64,000 bases of DNA from Candidatus Omnitrophota bacterium (GCA_028716245.1 JAQUQW010000001.1:104793-168792), one strand, 5' to 3'; shown: positions 39,917 through 48,306, numbered from the stretch's first letter. Notes: a model not told the origin generated them from the sequence alone. Program-made: numbers and translations.

Positions 39917-40513
39917 ATGGATATAGGCGCTGTCTTATTACAGTTGATGAAACAGCTTAATAGTAGCGTTTTTGTTTTATTGGCAATGTTGGGGTGTTTA
40001 TTTTGGGTAGTTTATAAGGTTGGAAAATGGTCAGAAAAATTCAAACATCATGCTGATAAGATATTAAGAATAGAAAATCTTGCCGAGAAGTTTATTGAGT
40101 TAAAAACTAAAGTAGATTTGATCTACGACAATACGAATCCAAGAAAGACAGTGGCAGCAATGAGTCCAATAAGTTTAACTGAAACAGGAAAAGATATAGT
40201 TAGTAAAATTAGTGCTAATAAAATCTTAGAGAAATATCTTCCACAATTAGTGAAAGAAGTTGAGTTAGAGAATCCTAAAAATGCTTATGATATTCAAATG
40301 TCTTCTATGAAGCTTGCGAAAGAAAAAATGATAGCTTTCCTTAATGAAGAAGAATTGAATACTATCAAGCAGGAAGCGTATTCACGAGGAATAATAGTTC
40401 AAGATGTAATGTCTGTGTTTGGAGTTTTATTGCGAAATCACATACTAAATCTGAAAAGCATACCAATATCTGATGTAGATGTGCACTCTCCTGCTAAACA
40501 AAAAATATCTTGA
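39917..40513 (+). CDS. Cargo ORF 1: hypothetical protein with one N-terminal TM helix
   Basis: GAGGAGAG RBS. 198 aa. AT-rich. Confidence 0.35.
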   Translation: MDIGAVLLQLMKQLNSSVFVLLAMLGCLFWVVYKVGKWSEKFKHHADKILRIENLAEKFIELKTKVDLIYDNTNPRKTVAAMSPISLTETGKDIVSKISANKILEKYLPQLVKEVELENPKNAYDIQMSSMKLAKEKMIAFLNEEELNTIKQEAYSRGIIVQDVMSVFGVLLRNHILNLKSIPISDVDVHSPAKQKIS

Positions 40514-40543
40514 AATTATACAAAAATATGGCATAATATATTT

Positions 40544-40795
40544 ATGCCTAAGCACTCAAGCATAAATAAAGACGAAAATCAGATAGCCGCTTCAATACTT
40601 AGCCAAATTACAGAAGTCGCAACGCAACAACCTACCAAAAACCCTGCTGCCGTAGCTTTAGGCCGATTAGGTGGACTTAAGGGTGGTAAGGCTAGAGCAA
40701 AAAAACTATCTGCTAAACAAAGAAAAAATATAGCTATATTGGCGGCTACAAAGCGTTGGAAAAAAAATCTTGACTTTCTACTTTACATAAGTTAA
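40544..40795 (+). CDS. Cargo ORF 2: small basic protein (LGRLGGLKGGKARAKKLSAKQRKNIAILAATKRW)
   Basis: 83-aa Lys/Arg-rich ORF. A 7-5-7 inverted repeat GGCATAA tatat TTATGCC overlaps the start codon. Confidence 0.3.
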   Translation: MPKHSSINKDENQIAASILSQITEVATQQPTKNPAAVALGRLGGLKGGKARAKKLSAKQRKNIAILAATKRWKKNLDFLLYIS

Positions 40796-40845
40796 AATTG
40801 ATAACTTGAAATTTAATCAAATTTATGGTAACCTAGGAGTAGATC

Positions 40846-41232
40846 GTGTGTTCGTTAAATTTCGGTTCTGACGGATACGTAACATTGCCAACAAAGTTTC
40901 ATGGGGATGTAAAATTATCTAGCTGGAAATGGGAGATAATTTGTGCAAAACCAGAAAGGCAGTGGTACAGATTTAATAGCGAGAAAATTCCTACAACTCT
41001 TGTTGCTCCTGATTATGTAAGGTTGCATCATAATAAAGAGGGACAAGTATTTTATTATAAGGAATTTGCTCGTTATAAACTAACAGAACAGATTGAAATC
41101 CCTGCAAGTGAAAGATTTAAATTTTTTGCCGTTATTATAGATTTAAATAATGGGAATACGATATGTACCATTTATCCCGTTGGAAAACCTAAGAAAGGTA
41201 AAGAATTTAAACCTGAGGAGGTAGAAGCATGA
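40846..41232 (+). CDS. Cargo ORF 3: hypothetical protein (GTG start), translationally coupled to ORF 4
   Basis: AGGAG RBS. Overlaps the next ORF by 4 nt. Confidence 0.3.
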   Translation: MCSLNFGSDGYVTLPTKFHGDVKLSSWKWEIICAKPERQWYRFNSEKIPTTLVAPDYVRLHHNKEGQVFYYKEFARYKLTEQIEIPASERFKFFAVIIDLNNGNTICTIYPVGKPKKGKEFKPEEVEA

Positions 41233-41564
41233 AAGGTATAAAAGGTTGTATGAATATTGATTTCGAGGAAATTTACGAACAAGAAACCGATACATATTAT
41301 GTTTCTTTTAGGACAGGTGAACCTTCGTATGCTATTGAAGTGGATGATGTTCTTATTATGGAAGCCGGAATCTTTACGAATATGCCTACGGGATTTAGGA
41401 TATTGAACTTTAAATCTAATCCAGTACAAGCGGTTAGATTTATTATTGAAAAGATCAAAAAAACAACGGAAGAAGCTAAAAAAGAGGCTTGTGGTCGTTT
41501 CCGAGTTATGGAAAATTGTTTAGAAAAAAGACTCGAAAAAACATTGGCACAAGCGAACGCATAA
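41229..41564 (+). CDS. Cargo ORF 4: DUF2283-like small protein
   Basis: YYVSFRTGEPSYAIEVDDVLIM...GFRILNFKS pattern resembles DUF2283. Confidence 0.35.
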   Translation: MKGIKGCMNIDFEEIYEQETDTYYVSFRTGEPSYAIEVDDVLIMEAGIFTNMPTGFRILNFKSNPVQAVRFIIEKIKKTTEEAKKEACGRFRVMENCLEKRLEKTLAQANA

Positions 41565-41594
41565 TATAAATTAAAGAAACTTAATATTTGGCAA

Positions 41595-41627
41595 TAGCCG
41601 AGTTAATTAAAACTCGGTTATTTTTTA
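41595..41627 (+). terminator. Rho-independent terminator after the cargo operon
   Basis: TAGCCGAGTT aattaaa AACTCGGTTA followed by TTTTTT. Confidence 0.6.
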
Positions 41628-41628
41628 C

Positions 41629-41657
41629 TTGACAATGCTTGAGCGCTCAAGTATAAT
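41629..41657 (+). promoter_or_regulatory. Consensus sigma70 promoter TTGACA-17-TATAAT with a 14-bp perfect palindrome (CTTGAGCGCTCAAG) in the spacer
   Basis: TTGACA at 41629-41634, TATAAT at 41652-41657. Upstream of the transposase gene. Confidence 0.55.
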
Positions 41658-41685
41658 ATATGTAGATAAGGAAAGGAGCGCTACC

Positions 41686-42534
41686 ATGAATAAATTGACT
41701 AAAGAGAAAAGAATCCAAGTTATAGCCTCACTCGTCGAAGGCAACTCTATTCGTGCTACCTGCCGCATGACTAATGTAGCCAAGGGCACAGTCTTAAAAT
41801 TGCTTAAAGACATCGGCAAGGTCTGCACAGAATACCAAAACAGGGTTTTTGTTAAATTGCCTTGTAAACGTCTCCAATGTGATGAAATCTGGTCTTTTTG
41901 CTATGCCAAAGCTAAGAATGTGCCTAAGGATAAGCAGGGTAAATTCGGCTATGGTAATGTTTGGACTTGGACGGCGATCTGTGCGGATACCAAACTTGTG
42001 CCTTCTTGGTATATTGGAAACAGGGACGCTATCTCTGCTTTACGTTTTATGAAAGACTTAAAAAAGAGATTAAAGTATCGTGTTCAACTTACCACAGACA
42101 GCTTCAAGTCCTATTTAGTTGCTGTTAACCACGCCTTTGGAAAGGATATCGACTATGCTATGCTTGTTAAGAAATACGGGCATGAGACAGAGAATTATCC
42201 GGAAGTGCGATATAGTCCGCCTACCGTAGTTGGGATAGAAGAAAGACCTATCAACGGAACGCCCGAATCACGGCATATCTCAACAAGCTTTGCGGAAAGA
42301 AATAACTTGACTATGCGCATGAATATGAGAAGATTTACCCGATTAACTAACGCCTTTTCAAAGAAAGTGGATAACTTAGCTTGCGCTGTAGCGCTTCATT
42401 TTATGCATTATAACTTTTGCCGGATTCATCAAAGCTTAAGAGTAACTCCTGCAATGGCTTGTGGAATTACTAAGCGTCTTTGGAGTATTGAAGATATCGT
42501 AAATTTGCTCGACGAGACCTCGACGAGAAAATGA
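41686..42534 (+). CDS. IS1-family transposase (single ORF with N-terminal HTH)
   Basis: AAGGAG RBS. C-terminus ERNNLTMRMNMRRFTRLTNAFSKKVDNLACAVALHFMHYNFCRIHQ parallels IS1 InsB [41 protein letters not shown]. Confidence 0.6.
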   Translation: MNKLTKEKRIQVIASLVEGNSIRATCRMTNVAKGTVLKLLKDIGKVCTEYQNRVFVKLPCKRLQCDEIWSFCYAKAKNVPKDKQGKFGYGNVWTWTAICADTKLVPSWYIGNRDAISALRFMKDLKKRLKYRVQLTTDSFKSYLVAVNHAFGKDIDYAMLVKKYGHETENYPEVRYSPPTVVGIEERPINGTPESRHISTSFAERNNLTMRMNMRRFTRLTNAFSKKVDNLACAVALHFMHYNFCRIHQSLRVTPAMACGITKRLWSIEDIVNLLDETSTRK

Positions 42535-42635
42535 AACTGACCCACTACCCAATCTAACTTTCCCATATTTTTGCAGTAATCTGCTTTAAATCAGTACTAA
42601 TCATACCTATATGTTAAATAATGTAAATATTTTCC

Positions 42636-42664
42636 TTGACAAAAAACAGTCCTTTATTTATAAT
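42636..42664 (+). promoter_or_regulatory. Consensus sigma70 promoter TTGACA-17-TATAAT for the excisionase-family HTH gene
   Basis: TTGACA at 42636-42641, TATAAT at 42659-42664. First in-frame ATG at 42671 implies a leaderless mRNA. Confidence 0.5.
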
Positions 42665-42670
42665 GCGACT

Positions 42671-42850
42671 ATGGTTAATAGCAATTTGATGACTATTGAA
42701 GACTTAGCAGATTATTTAAAAGTTACTCGCCGCACTATTTATGATTGGTTAAAACATAATAAGATACCGGCGCTAAAGCTGGTCGGGCAATGGCGCTTTA
42801 AAAAAGATAAAATTGATGATTGGCTTGAAGGCCAGTCGCAACCACATTAG
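42671..42850 (+). CDS. Excisionase-family (MerR-like) HTH DNA-binding protein
   Basis: MTIEDLADYLKVTRRTIYDWLKHNKIPALKLVGQWRFKKDKIDDWLE fits the excisionase-family HTH pattern. Start could be 42671 or 42689. Confidence 0.5.
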   Translation: MVNSNLMTIEDLADYLKVTRRTIYDWLKHNKIPALKLVGQWRFKKDKIDDWLEGQSQPH

Positions 42851-42852
42851 CA

Positions 42853-42880
42853 CCCGGCGCTAATCGGAATTGCGCCGGTG
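42853..42880. repeat. Family-3 hairpin repeat, copy b (CCGGCGC taatcggaatt GCGCCGG)
   Basis: Related hairpins at 6737-6763 and 55717-55748. Confidence 0.55.
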
Positions 42881-42906
42881 TGTGTTTGTACACAAGGGGG
42901 ATAAAT

Positions 42907-45900
42907 ATGTATTTTAAAAGACTGGAATTGGTTGGTTTTAAGTCGTTTTGCGATAAGACTACGCTTAATTTTGAACCGGGAATTACGGCTGTAGTTGGCC
43001 CAAACGGCTGCGGAAAATCAAATATCTTTGATTCTATCCGCTGGGTCCTGGGCGAGCAATCCGCCAAATCGCTGCGCGGCTCGGAGATGCTCGATGTCAT
43101 TTTTAATGGCACGGATAACAAAGAGCCGTTAAGTATGGCTGAGGTGAGCTTGACCTTTGACAATACCAACCGTTTTTTCAATCTCGATAATCCGGAAGTA
43201 TTGATTACCCGCAGGCTTTTTCGATCCGGTGAGAGTGAGTATATGCTTAATAAAACCACGGTGCGCCTTAAGGATATCCTGGATATATTATTGGGTACGG
43301 GGATTGGAGCGGAGAGTTATTCGATTATTGCCCAGGGTAAGATTGATTTGGTATTAAGTTCCCGGCCGGAGGACCGCCGGGTTGTTTTTGATGAGGCCAG
43401 CGGAATAAGCAAATATAAAGCCCAGAAAAGGGAAGCTATGCGTAGGCTGGAGGAGACCGAGCAGAACCTCCTGCGCGTAAATGATATTGTTACGGAGGTC
43501 AAGCGCCAGATTAGCTCACTTGAGCGTCAGGCTAATAAAGCCAGAAGGTATAAAGAAATTTTTGAGGATTTAAAATTAAAGGAAATCGATTTGGCAAATC
43601 TGGATAAAAAGATCATCCTTAAAGAAAAAGATGAGCTTATTCAGCAGCTGGCTGACTTGGAAAAAGAGCAGTCAGCCTTAGCGGATTTAGTGGCGCAGCA
43701 GGAAGAAAAAATCGCCAACCGCCAGTCAGAGTTGAAAAGTTTGGAGGAAGCGATGATGGAGGCGCGCAGCCAGATGCTTAATTTGGAGAATACCCTGGTG
43801 CGCAGCAACGAACATATTAATTTTAATCAGCAGCGTATTGCCGAATTAATCCAGAATAATAATGTTTTAGAGGGCCAAATCGACCAGGCAAAAGCCAAAC
43901 TTATCCAGGATGAGGAGAAATTGGGGAAGGTGCGCGATGAATACAACAGCCTTAAACAGGATATAGATAATAAGCAGTCTATCCTGGTGCAGAAGGAAGA
44001 TGAGCTTAATAAGCTAAGCGGCTCGATTAAAAGTTCGCTTGAGGTTATTGCGGAAAGTAAAAAGATAATTTTAGATTTAGAAGTCGCGATCACTAATATC
44101 CATAACGAAATCGGAAATTTTAATTCTAAACATCAGGTATTCCTGGCGCGTAAAAAAAGGCTGGAGATTGAAAAGGCCAAGGTCTATGAGGAAAAAGTAA
44201 TTACTGAGGATGCTTTGAATAAGGTTACCCAGGAATTGGCTAATACCCGGGCGCTGGTTGATGAGTTCAGGCAGAAAATCTCCAATGTAAAGCTTAGCCT
44301 TGAGCAGGAGGGGCAGAATCTAAGTGAAATTAATAAAGAGATTGTTGACCTGGGAGGCGAGAAAATTACTTTAGTTTCGCATAAAGAGTTCCTTGAGAAA
44401 TTAAAGAATAAATATGACGATATCGGCGAGTCGCTAAACGCGGTGATTTATTTGGATAAGCTGCCTAAGGAGAGCCTGACCGGCCTGGTGGTAAAGATCC
44501 AAAATCAGGAGGACTTGAAAATAAGCGGAGAGGCCAAGCCTATCGAATTAGATACGCAGAAAATCGACGAAAAGATTTTAAGGTTGGATGAGAAGCTGGG
44601 CGAGCTGCGGAACAAGATGATCTTGCGCCAAGCCTGTATTTCGGAACTAAATAAGATGTCTGCGGATTTAGAGCAGCAGTTGCGCAATCATGAAATAACT
44701 CTGGCGAATAAAGAATCAAGTTTCCAGGGAACCCGGGAACAGTTTGGTAAAATCAAGGAAGAAGAGGATGTTATTGTGATGGAGCTCTCTGATGTAGCAC
44801 GGGAGGTTTCGGCGATTGAGCAGAACTTAATTACCTCCCAGAATCAGCTTTCTGACTTGAATAGCCAGGAAAGGATTAGGCAGGATTTAATCAGCCGGCA
44901 GGAGGATGCCATTGCCTTAAACAGTAAAGCGCGCGAAGAGGTTTTAGTTTTGATTACTCAAACCAAGACTGAAATTGAAGCTTTGAATAAGCGTTTTAGT
45001 TCTGACGCAGCAACTCTAAAGATCTTAGATGAAACTTACAGCCAGGATAAGGCCAGCCTTGAAAATATCGTAAGGCAAATCAGCGAAACCGGGGGCCGCC
45101 AGGAGGCTTTAAAACTTGAGATTATTGAATGTCAGGATACGATTAAGGAAGCAGAAATCCAGATTACGCGGAAAAAAAGCGCCTTTGCTGAGGTTGAACT
45201 CAGCTATAATGAGGTTTCCGGAGGCACAGTCGGATTGGTAAAAAAGATCGAAGCTGATCGCAAGCAATTAGACCAAATTAAGAACCGGCTGCATGAGCTG
45301 GCGATGCAGGATAAAGACTTGGATTACCGTTATACGAGCCTAAAAGAAAGAATGTCCTCTTGCTATAAGGTAGAGCTGGATTCAGGAAATTGGGAAGAAA
45401 AAGAATTGGATTATTCGGGTTTATCCGGAGAAATCAGCGAATTAAAAAGAAAACTTGATTCCTGCGGGACGGTGAATTTGGTTGCGATTGAGGAGTACGA
45501 TGAGTTAAAGAAACGCTACGATTTTCTTATCCAGCAGCAGGCTGACCTTTCGGGAGCCAAAGAATCTTTGCATCAGGCGATTTTAAAGATTAACCGCACG
45601 ACCCGGCAGATGTTTATGGAAACATTTGAGAAGGTAAAGGTTGAATTTAAGAATTATTTCCGTTTGCTTTTTAACGGCGGGGACGCCCAGCTTTTCCTGC
45701 TGGATGAGAATGATCCGCTTGAGTCGGGGATTGAAATTATCTGCCGGCCTCCGGGAAAGAAACTCCAGAATGTTTTGCTCTTAAGCGGCGGGGAAAAGAC
45801 GATGTCGGCGATCGCTTTGATATTTGCGATTTTTAAAGTGAAGCCTTCACCGTTCTGTATTCTTGATGAGATTGACGCGGCTCTTGATGAGGCTAATGTC

Positions 45901-46101
45901 GACAGGTTTTCCAGGGTCTTGCAAGAGTTTGCTAAAACTTCGCAGTTTATCGTCATTACCCATAACAAAAAAACAATTGTCAATGCCAATATTATGTACG
46001 GTATTACTATGGAGCAGTCCGGGGTTTCCAAGATCGTATCCGTGAAATTATCGCAGACTAATAAGGAACAGCAGGAGCAGGAAGCTCAGGTTGCAGTTTA
46101 A
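42907..46101 (+). CDS. smc: Chromosome segregation protein SMC
   Basis: N-terminal Walker A GPNGCGKSNI, long coiled coils, and C-terminal LSGGEKTMSAIALIFAIF...ILDEIDAALD signature. Confidence 0.8.
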   Translation: MYFKRLELVGFKSFCDKTTLNFEPGITAVVGPNGCGKSNIFDSIRWVLGEQSAKSLRGSEMLDVIFNGTDNKEPLSMAEVSLTFDNTNRFFNLDNPEVLITRRLFRSGESEYMLNKTTVRLKDILDILLGTGIGAESYSIIAQGKIDLVLSSRPEDRRVVFDEASGISKYKAQKREAMRRLEETEQNLLRVNDIVTEVKRQISSLERQANKARRYKEIFEDLKLKEIDLANLDKKIILKEKDELIQQLADLEKEQSALADLVAQQEEKIANRQSELKSLEEAMMEARSQMLNLENTLVRSNEHINFNQQRIAELIQNNNVLEGQIDQAKAKLIQDEEKLGKVRDEYNSLKQDIDNKQSILVQKEDELNKLSGSIKSSLEVIAESKKIILDLEVAITNIHNEIGNFNSKHQVFLARKKRLEIEKAKVYEEKVITEDALNKVTQELANTRALVDEFRQKISNVKLSLEQEGQNLSEINKEIVDLGGEKITLVSHKEFLEKLKNKYDDIGESLNAVIYLDKLPKESLTGLVVKIQNQEDLKISGEAKPIELDTQKIDEKILRLDEKLGELRNKMILRQACISELNKMSADLEQQLRNHEITLANKESSFQGTREQFGKIKEEEDVIVMELSDVAREVSAIEQNLITSQNQLSDLNSQERIRQDLISRQEDAIALNSKAREEVLVLITQTKTEIEALNKRFSSDAATLKILDETYSQDKASLENIVRQISETGGRQEALKLEIIECQDTIKEAEIQITRKKSAFAEVELSYNEVSGGTVGLVKKIEADRKQLDQIKNRLHELAMQDKDLDYRYTSLKERMSSCYKVELDSGNWEEKELDYSGLSGEISELKRKLDSCGTVNLVAIEEYDELKKRYDFLIQQQADLSGAKESLHQAILKINRTTRQMFMETFEKVKVEFKNYFRLLFNGGDAQLFLLDENDPLESGIEIICRPPGKKLQNVLLLSGGEKTMSAIALIFAIFKVKPSPFCILDEIDAALDEANVDRFSRVLQEFAKTSQFIVITHNKKTIVNANIMYGITMEQSGVSKIVSVKLSQTNKEQQEQEAQVAV

Positions 46102-46103
46102 AA

Positions 46104-47288
46104 TTAACCGCAGCAGGTATTATTCTTACCTTTGTTTTTGGCTTGGTAAAGTGATCTATCTGAAGAGGTAATCAGTTCCGCGGGAAGCTGCCCATTTTCA
46201 GGGAAGGTAGAAATTCCCAAGCTCACCGTGAGCATCTTATTAGGAAAAATTTTTTCATTCAGGAAAGGGTATTTTTGGATATCCATTCGTATGCGTTCGG
46301 CAATCAAGAAAGCTTCTTTTTTATCGGTGTGGGGCAGGATAATCGTGAACTCTTCGCCGCCATACCGGCAAACATAATCCATCTTGCGTGATTGATTGCG
46401 TAGGAGCAGAGCCAGGTCTTTTAATATTTTATCTCCCGCCTGATGTCCAAGCGTATCATTGTAAATTTTAAAATCATCGATATCTACCGTAATCAGGCTT
46501 AAGGGGCTTTTGGTTGCCTTGGCTTTCTCAACTTCTATTTGCAGCAGGTATTGAAAATATCCATGGTTCCAAAGATTGGTCAGGTAATCTGAATGCGCCC
46601 GCTCTACGGTTAATTCAAAAAGCTGGGAGTTTTCGATTGCCAGGCCGGCCTGGTTGGCAAGCATAGTCAGCATGCGGATATCGTCTTTGGTAATCGGGTC
46701 ATTGGTAATAAAATTGTCCGCCACGATAATCCCGTTTACCCGGTCTTTAGCTTTTAACGGTATAAGCACAAGCTCGTTGCTTTCCAATGTCTGGATTACC
46801 GGTGAATTACGGTATTGATGCAGGGTTTGTCCGGTTAAATGCAGGGGCATGCCTTCTAATACCGCCAAAGCCAGAGGGTTTTCATTTTTATCAAGCATGG
46901 ATACTTTTAAATCCCGGACCTGCCGGTTAAAACCTGATTCTAATACAGCGTTGGAGTTTTTGAAGGCGCCGATTAAATCCTCAAGGTCCATTTTTTCCTC
47001 TTCGATTTTAGTCCAAGCGATATTGGCTTCTTCTCCGTTTTCCGGCCCGATCCCCATTTTACCCTCGATAATCTTTTCTTTTTCATTGACCAAGAAGAGC
47101 ATGGCGCGGTTAAACCCTAACCCGGTATGCGCAGTTACGCCGGTGAGGATAATGTAGAGGATTTCATCCAGTTTTAGCGTAGTGCGCATAGCATTGGAGA
47201 CTTCATGAAGGATCTTTAGCTCAATCTTGGTGCGCTCAAGTTCGGTTTTTAACCTGCTTAACTCTTCCATAATGGTTAAATCTAGCAT
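46104..47288 (-). CDS. Diguanylate cyclase (GGDEF) with N-terminal GAF domains
   Basis: RYGGEEF motif. Convergent with smc. Confidence 0.75.
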   Translation of the reverse strand: MLDLTIMEELSRLKTELERTKIELKILHEVSNAMRTTLKLDEILYIILTGVTAHTGLGFNRAMLFLVNEKEKIIEGKMGIGPENGEEANIAWTKIEEEKMDLEDLIGAFKNSNAVLESGFNRQVRDLKVSMLDKNENPLALAVLEGMPLHLTGQTLHQYRNSPVIQTLESNELVLIPLKAKDRVNGIIVADNFITNDPITKDDIRMLTMLANQAGLAIENSQLFELTVERAHSDYLTNLWNHGYFQYLLQIEVEKAKATKSPLSLITVDIDDFKIYNDTLGHQAGDKILKDLALLLRNQSRKMDYVCRYGGEEFTIILPHTDKKEAFLIAERIRMDIQKYPFLNEKIFPNKMLTVSLGISTFPENGQLPAELITSSDRSLYQAKNKGKNNTCCG

Positions 47289-47323
47289 ATTTTGGTTTAA
47301 GTGTCAAGTTAGAGGGGGATTTA

Positions 47324-47388
47324 AAATAGGGACAGCGACTATTTTTTATTCTAATATTTTATCAAAAAATAGTCGCTGTCCCTATTTT
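47324..47388. repeat. Family-1 palindromic repeat, copy F
   Basis: AAAATAGGGACAGCGACTATTTTTT...AAAAAATAGTCGCTGTCCCTATTTT in the divergent intergenic region. Confidence 0.8.
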
Positions 47389-47389
47389 A

Positions 47390-47417
47390 TTGACATTGCT
47401 TTATATTATTATATAAT
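47390..47417 (+). promoter_or_regulatory. Promoter TTGACA-16-TATAAT for the tail-fibre-like gene, abutting repeat F
   Basis: TTGACA at 47390-47395, TATAAT at 47412-47417. AAGGAGGT RBS follows. Confidence 0.5.
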
Positions 47418-47444
47418 GATTTTAACAAATATAAGGAGGTAATC

Positions 47445-48281
47445 ATGCTTAGATTTCTAAGAGATATTGGATTAATTTTTTCCGCGATACTTCTTTTTTC
47501 GACCATTGTTTCGGCTGCTGAAGAGATAACCATTACTACCTATTATCCTTCGCCGTATGGTTCGTATAATCAGTTGCAAAGTAAGACATTGGGTGTAGGA
47601 GATAATAATGGTAATGGTGTATTGGATAGTGGCGATGTTCCTGACCCAATTGCTCATCCTGGAGATGTTTGGATTAAGGGTAAAGTCGGCATCGGGACGT
47701 CGACGCCTGGAGCGAAGCTGGATGTTAATGGTAATATTTATGATAGTGGAGGTTCTCTTATTTTTTCTACTGCTACAGGTACTCATACTGGTATTGGAAA
47801 TACCGCTGGATGGGCAGCAATTGAAAATGCAGCAAATTATAATACTCTGATGATTTTGGGTCGAAGCGGAGGAATTGGAGGCGTAAGATCAGTAAGTATT
47901 TGGGATAGATTAGATGTGAATGGACAGGCGTATTGTTCTTCGGGTGTGTGGTCTGGTTCTGATATAAGATGGAAAAAGAATATCGAGAGCTTGCCGAATG
48001 ATACACTGGGCAGGGTATTAAAGTTGAGGGGTGTTAAGTTTCAGTGGAGGCGTGAAGATTTTAAAGATAAAAGTTTTCGGAAGGGTAAGCAAATAGGGAT
48101 AATTGCCCAGGAGATTGAAAAGCAGTTTCCAGAACTTATAAGCACAGACGCAGATGGTTACAAATCGTTTGCCTATGATAAGTTTACTGTTGTGCTTTTG
48201 GAAGCTATTAAAGCCCAACAAGAGGAAATCAAGGGATTAAAAGAGGAATTAGCAGGCATAAAAACTATGCTGAAGAAATAA
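47445..48281 (+). CDS. Secreted protein with a tail-fibre-like Gly-rich region and a C-terminal Peptidase_S74-type intramolecular chaperone domain
   Basis: Signal peptide. GIGTSTPGAKLDVNGNIY motif. C-terminus SDIRWKKNIESL...GVKFQWRRE...IGIIAQEIEKQFPELISTDADGYKSFAYDKFTVVLLEAIKAQQEEIKGLK. Confidence 0.5.
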   Translation: MLRFLRDIGLIFSAILLFSTIVSAAEEITITTYYPSPYGSYNQLQSKTLGVGDNNGNGVLDSGDVPDPIAHPGDVWIKGKVGIGTSTPGAKLDVNGNIYDSGGSLIFSTATGTHTGIGNTAGWAAIENAANYNTLMILGRSGGIGGVRSVSIWDRLDVNGQAYCSSGVWSGSDIRWKKNIESLPNDTLGRVLKLRGVKFQWRREDFKDKSFRKGKQIGIIAQEIEKQFPELISTDADGYKSFAYDKFTVVLLEAIKAQQEEIKGLKEELAGIKTMLKK

Positions 48282-48306
48282 ATAGATAATATTTTCGTGT
48301 TAGATC

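Larger units (their letters stand above)
39747..42549 (+). mobile_element. IS1-family transposon (2,803 bp) with 16-bp terminal inverted repeats, an 8-bp target-site duplication and four cargo ORFs
   Basis: Left IR GGTAGTGGGTCAATTT (39747-39762). Right IR, read as its reverse complement, GGTAGTGGGTCAGTTT (42534-42549). Flanking direct repeat CAATCTAA at 39739-39746 and 42550-42557. Transposase stop abuts the right IR. IR resembles IS1 GGTAATGACTCCAACTT. Confidence 0.7.

Noticed and set aside
41629-41685. Extended transposase start (MTMLERSSIIYVDKERSAT...)
   Set aside because: This extension would begin inside the -35 element. The ATG at 41686 has an AAGGAG RBS at the right spacing.
42880-42906. 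Extended smc start (MCLYTRGIN...)
   Set aside because: Non-ATG start inside the upstream hairpin. The ATG at 42907 follows a GGGGG RBS and matches the conserved SMC N-terminus (MYFKRLEL).
43317-46031. Several 60-125-aa ORFs on the minus strand and in alternate + frames within smc
   Set aside because: All lie inside the 3.2-kb smc coding region whose frame carries clear SMC motifs. Their translations are compositionally biased antisense artefacts.
47472-48221. Minus-strand and alternate-frame ORFs (67-104 aa) within the tail-fibre-like gene
   Set aside because: Low-complexity translations of the repetitive Gly-rich coding region. Antisense artefacts.
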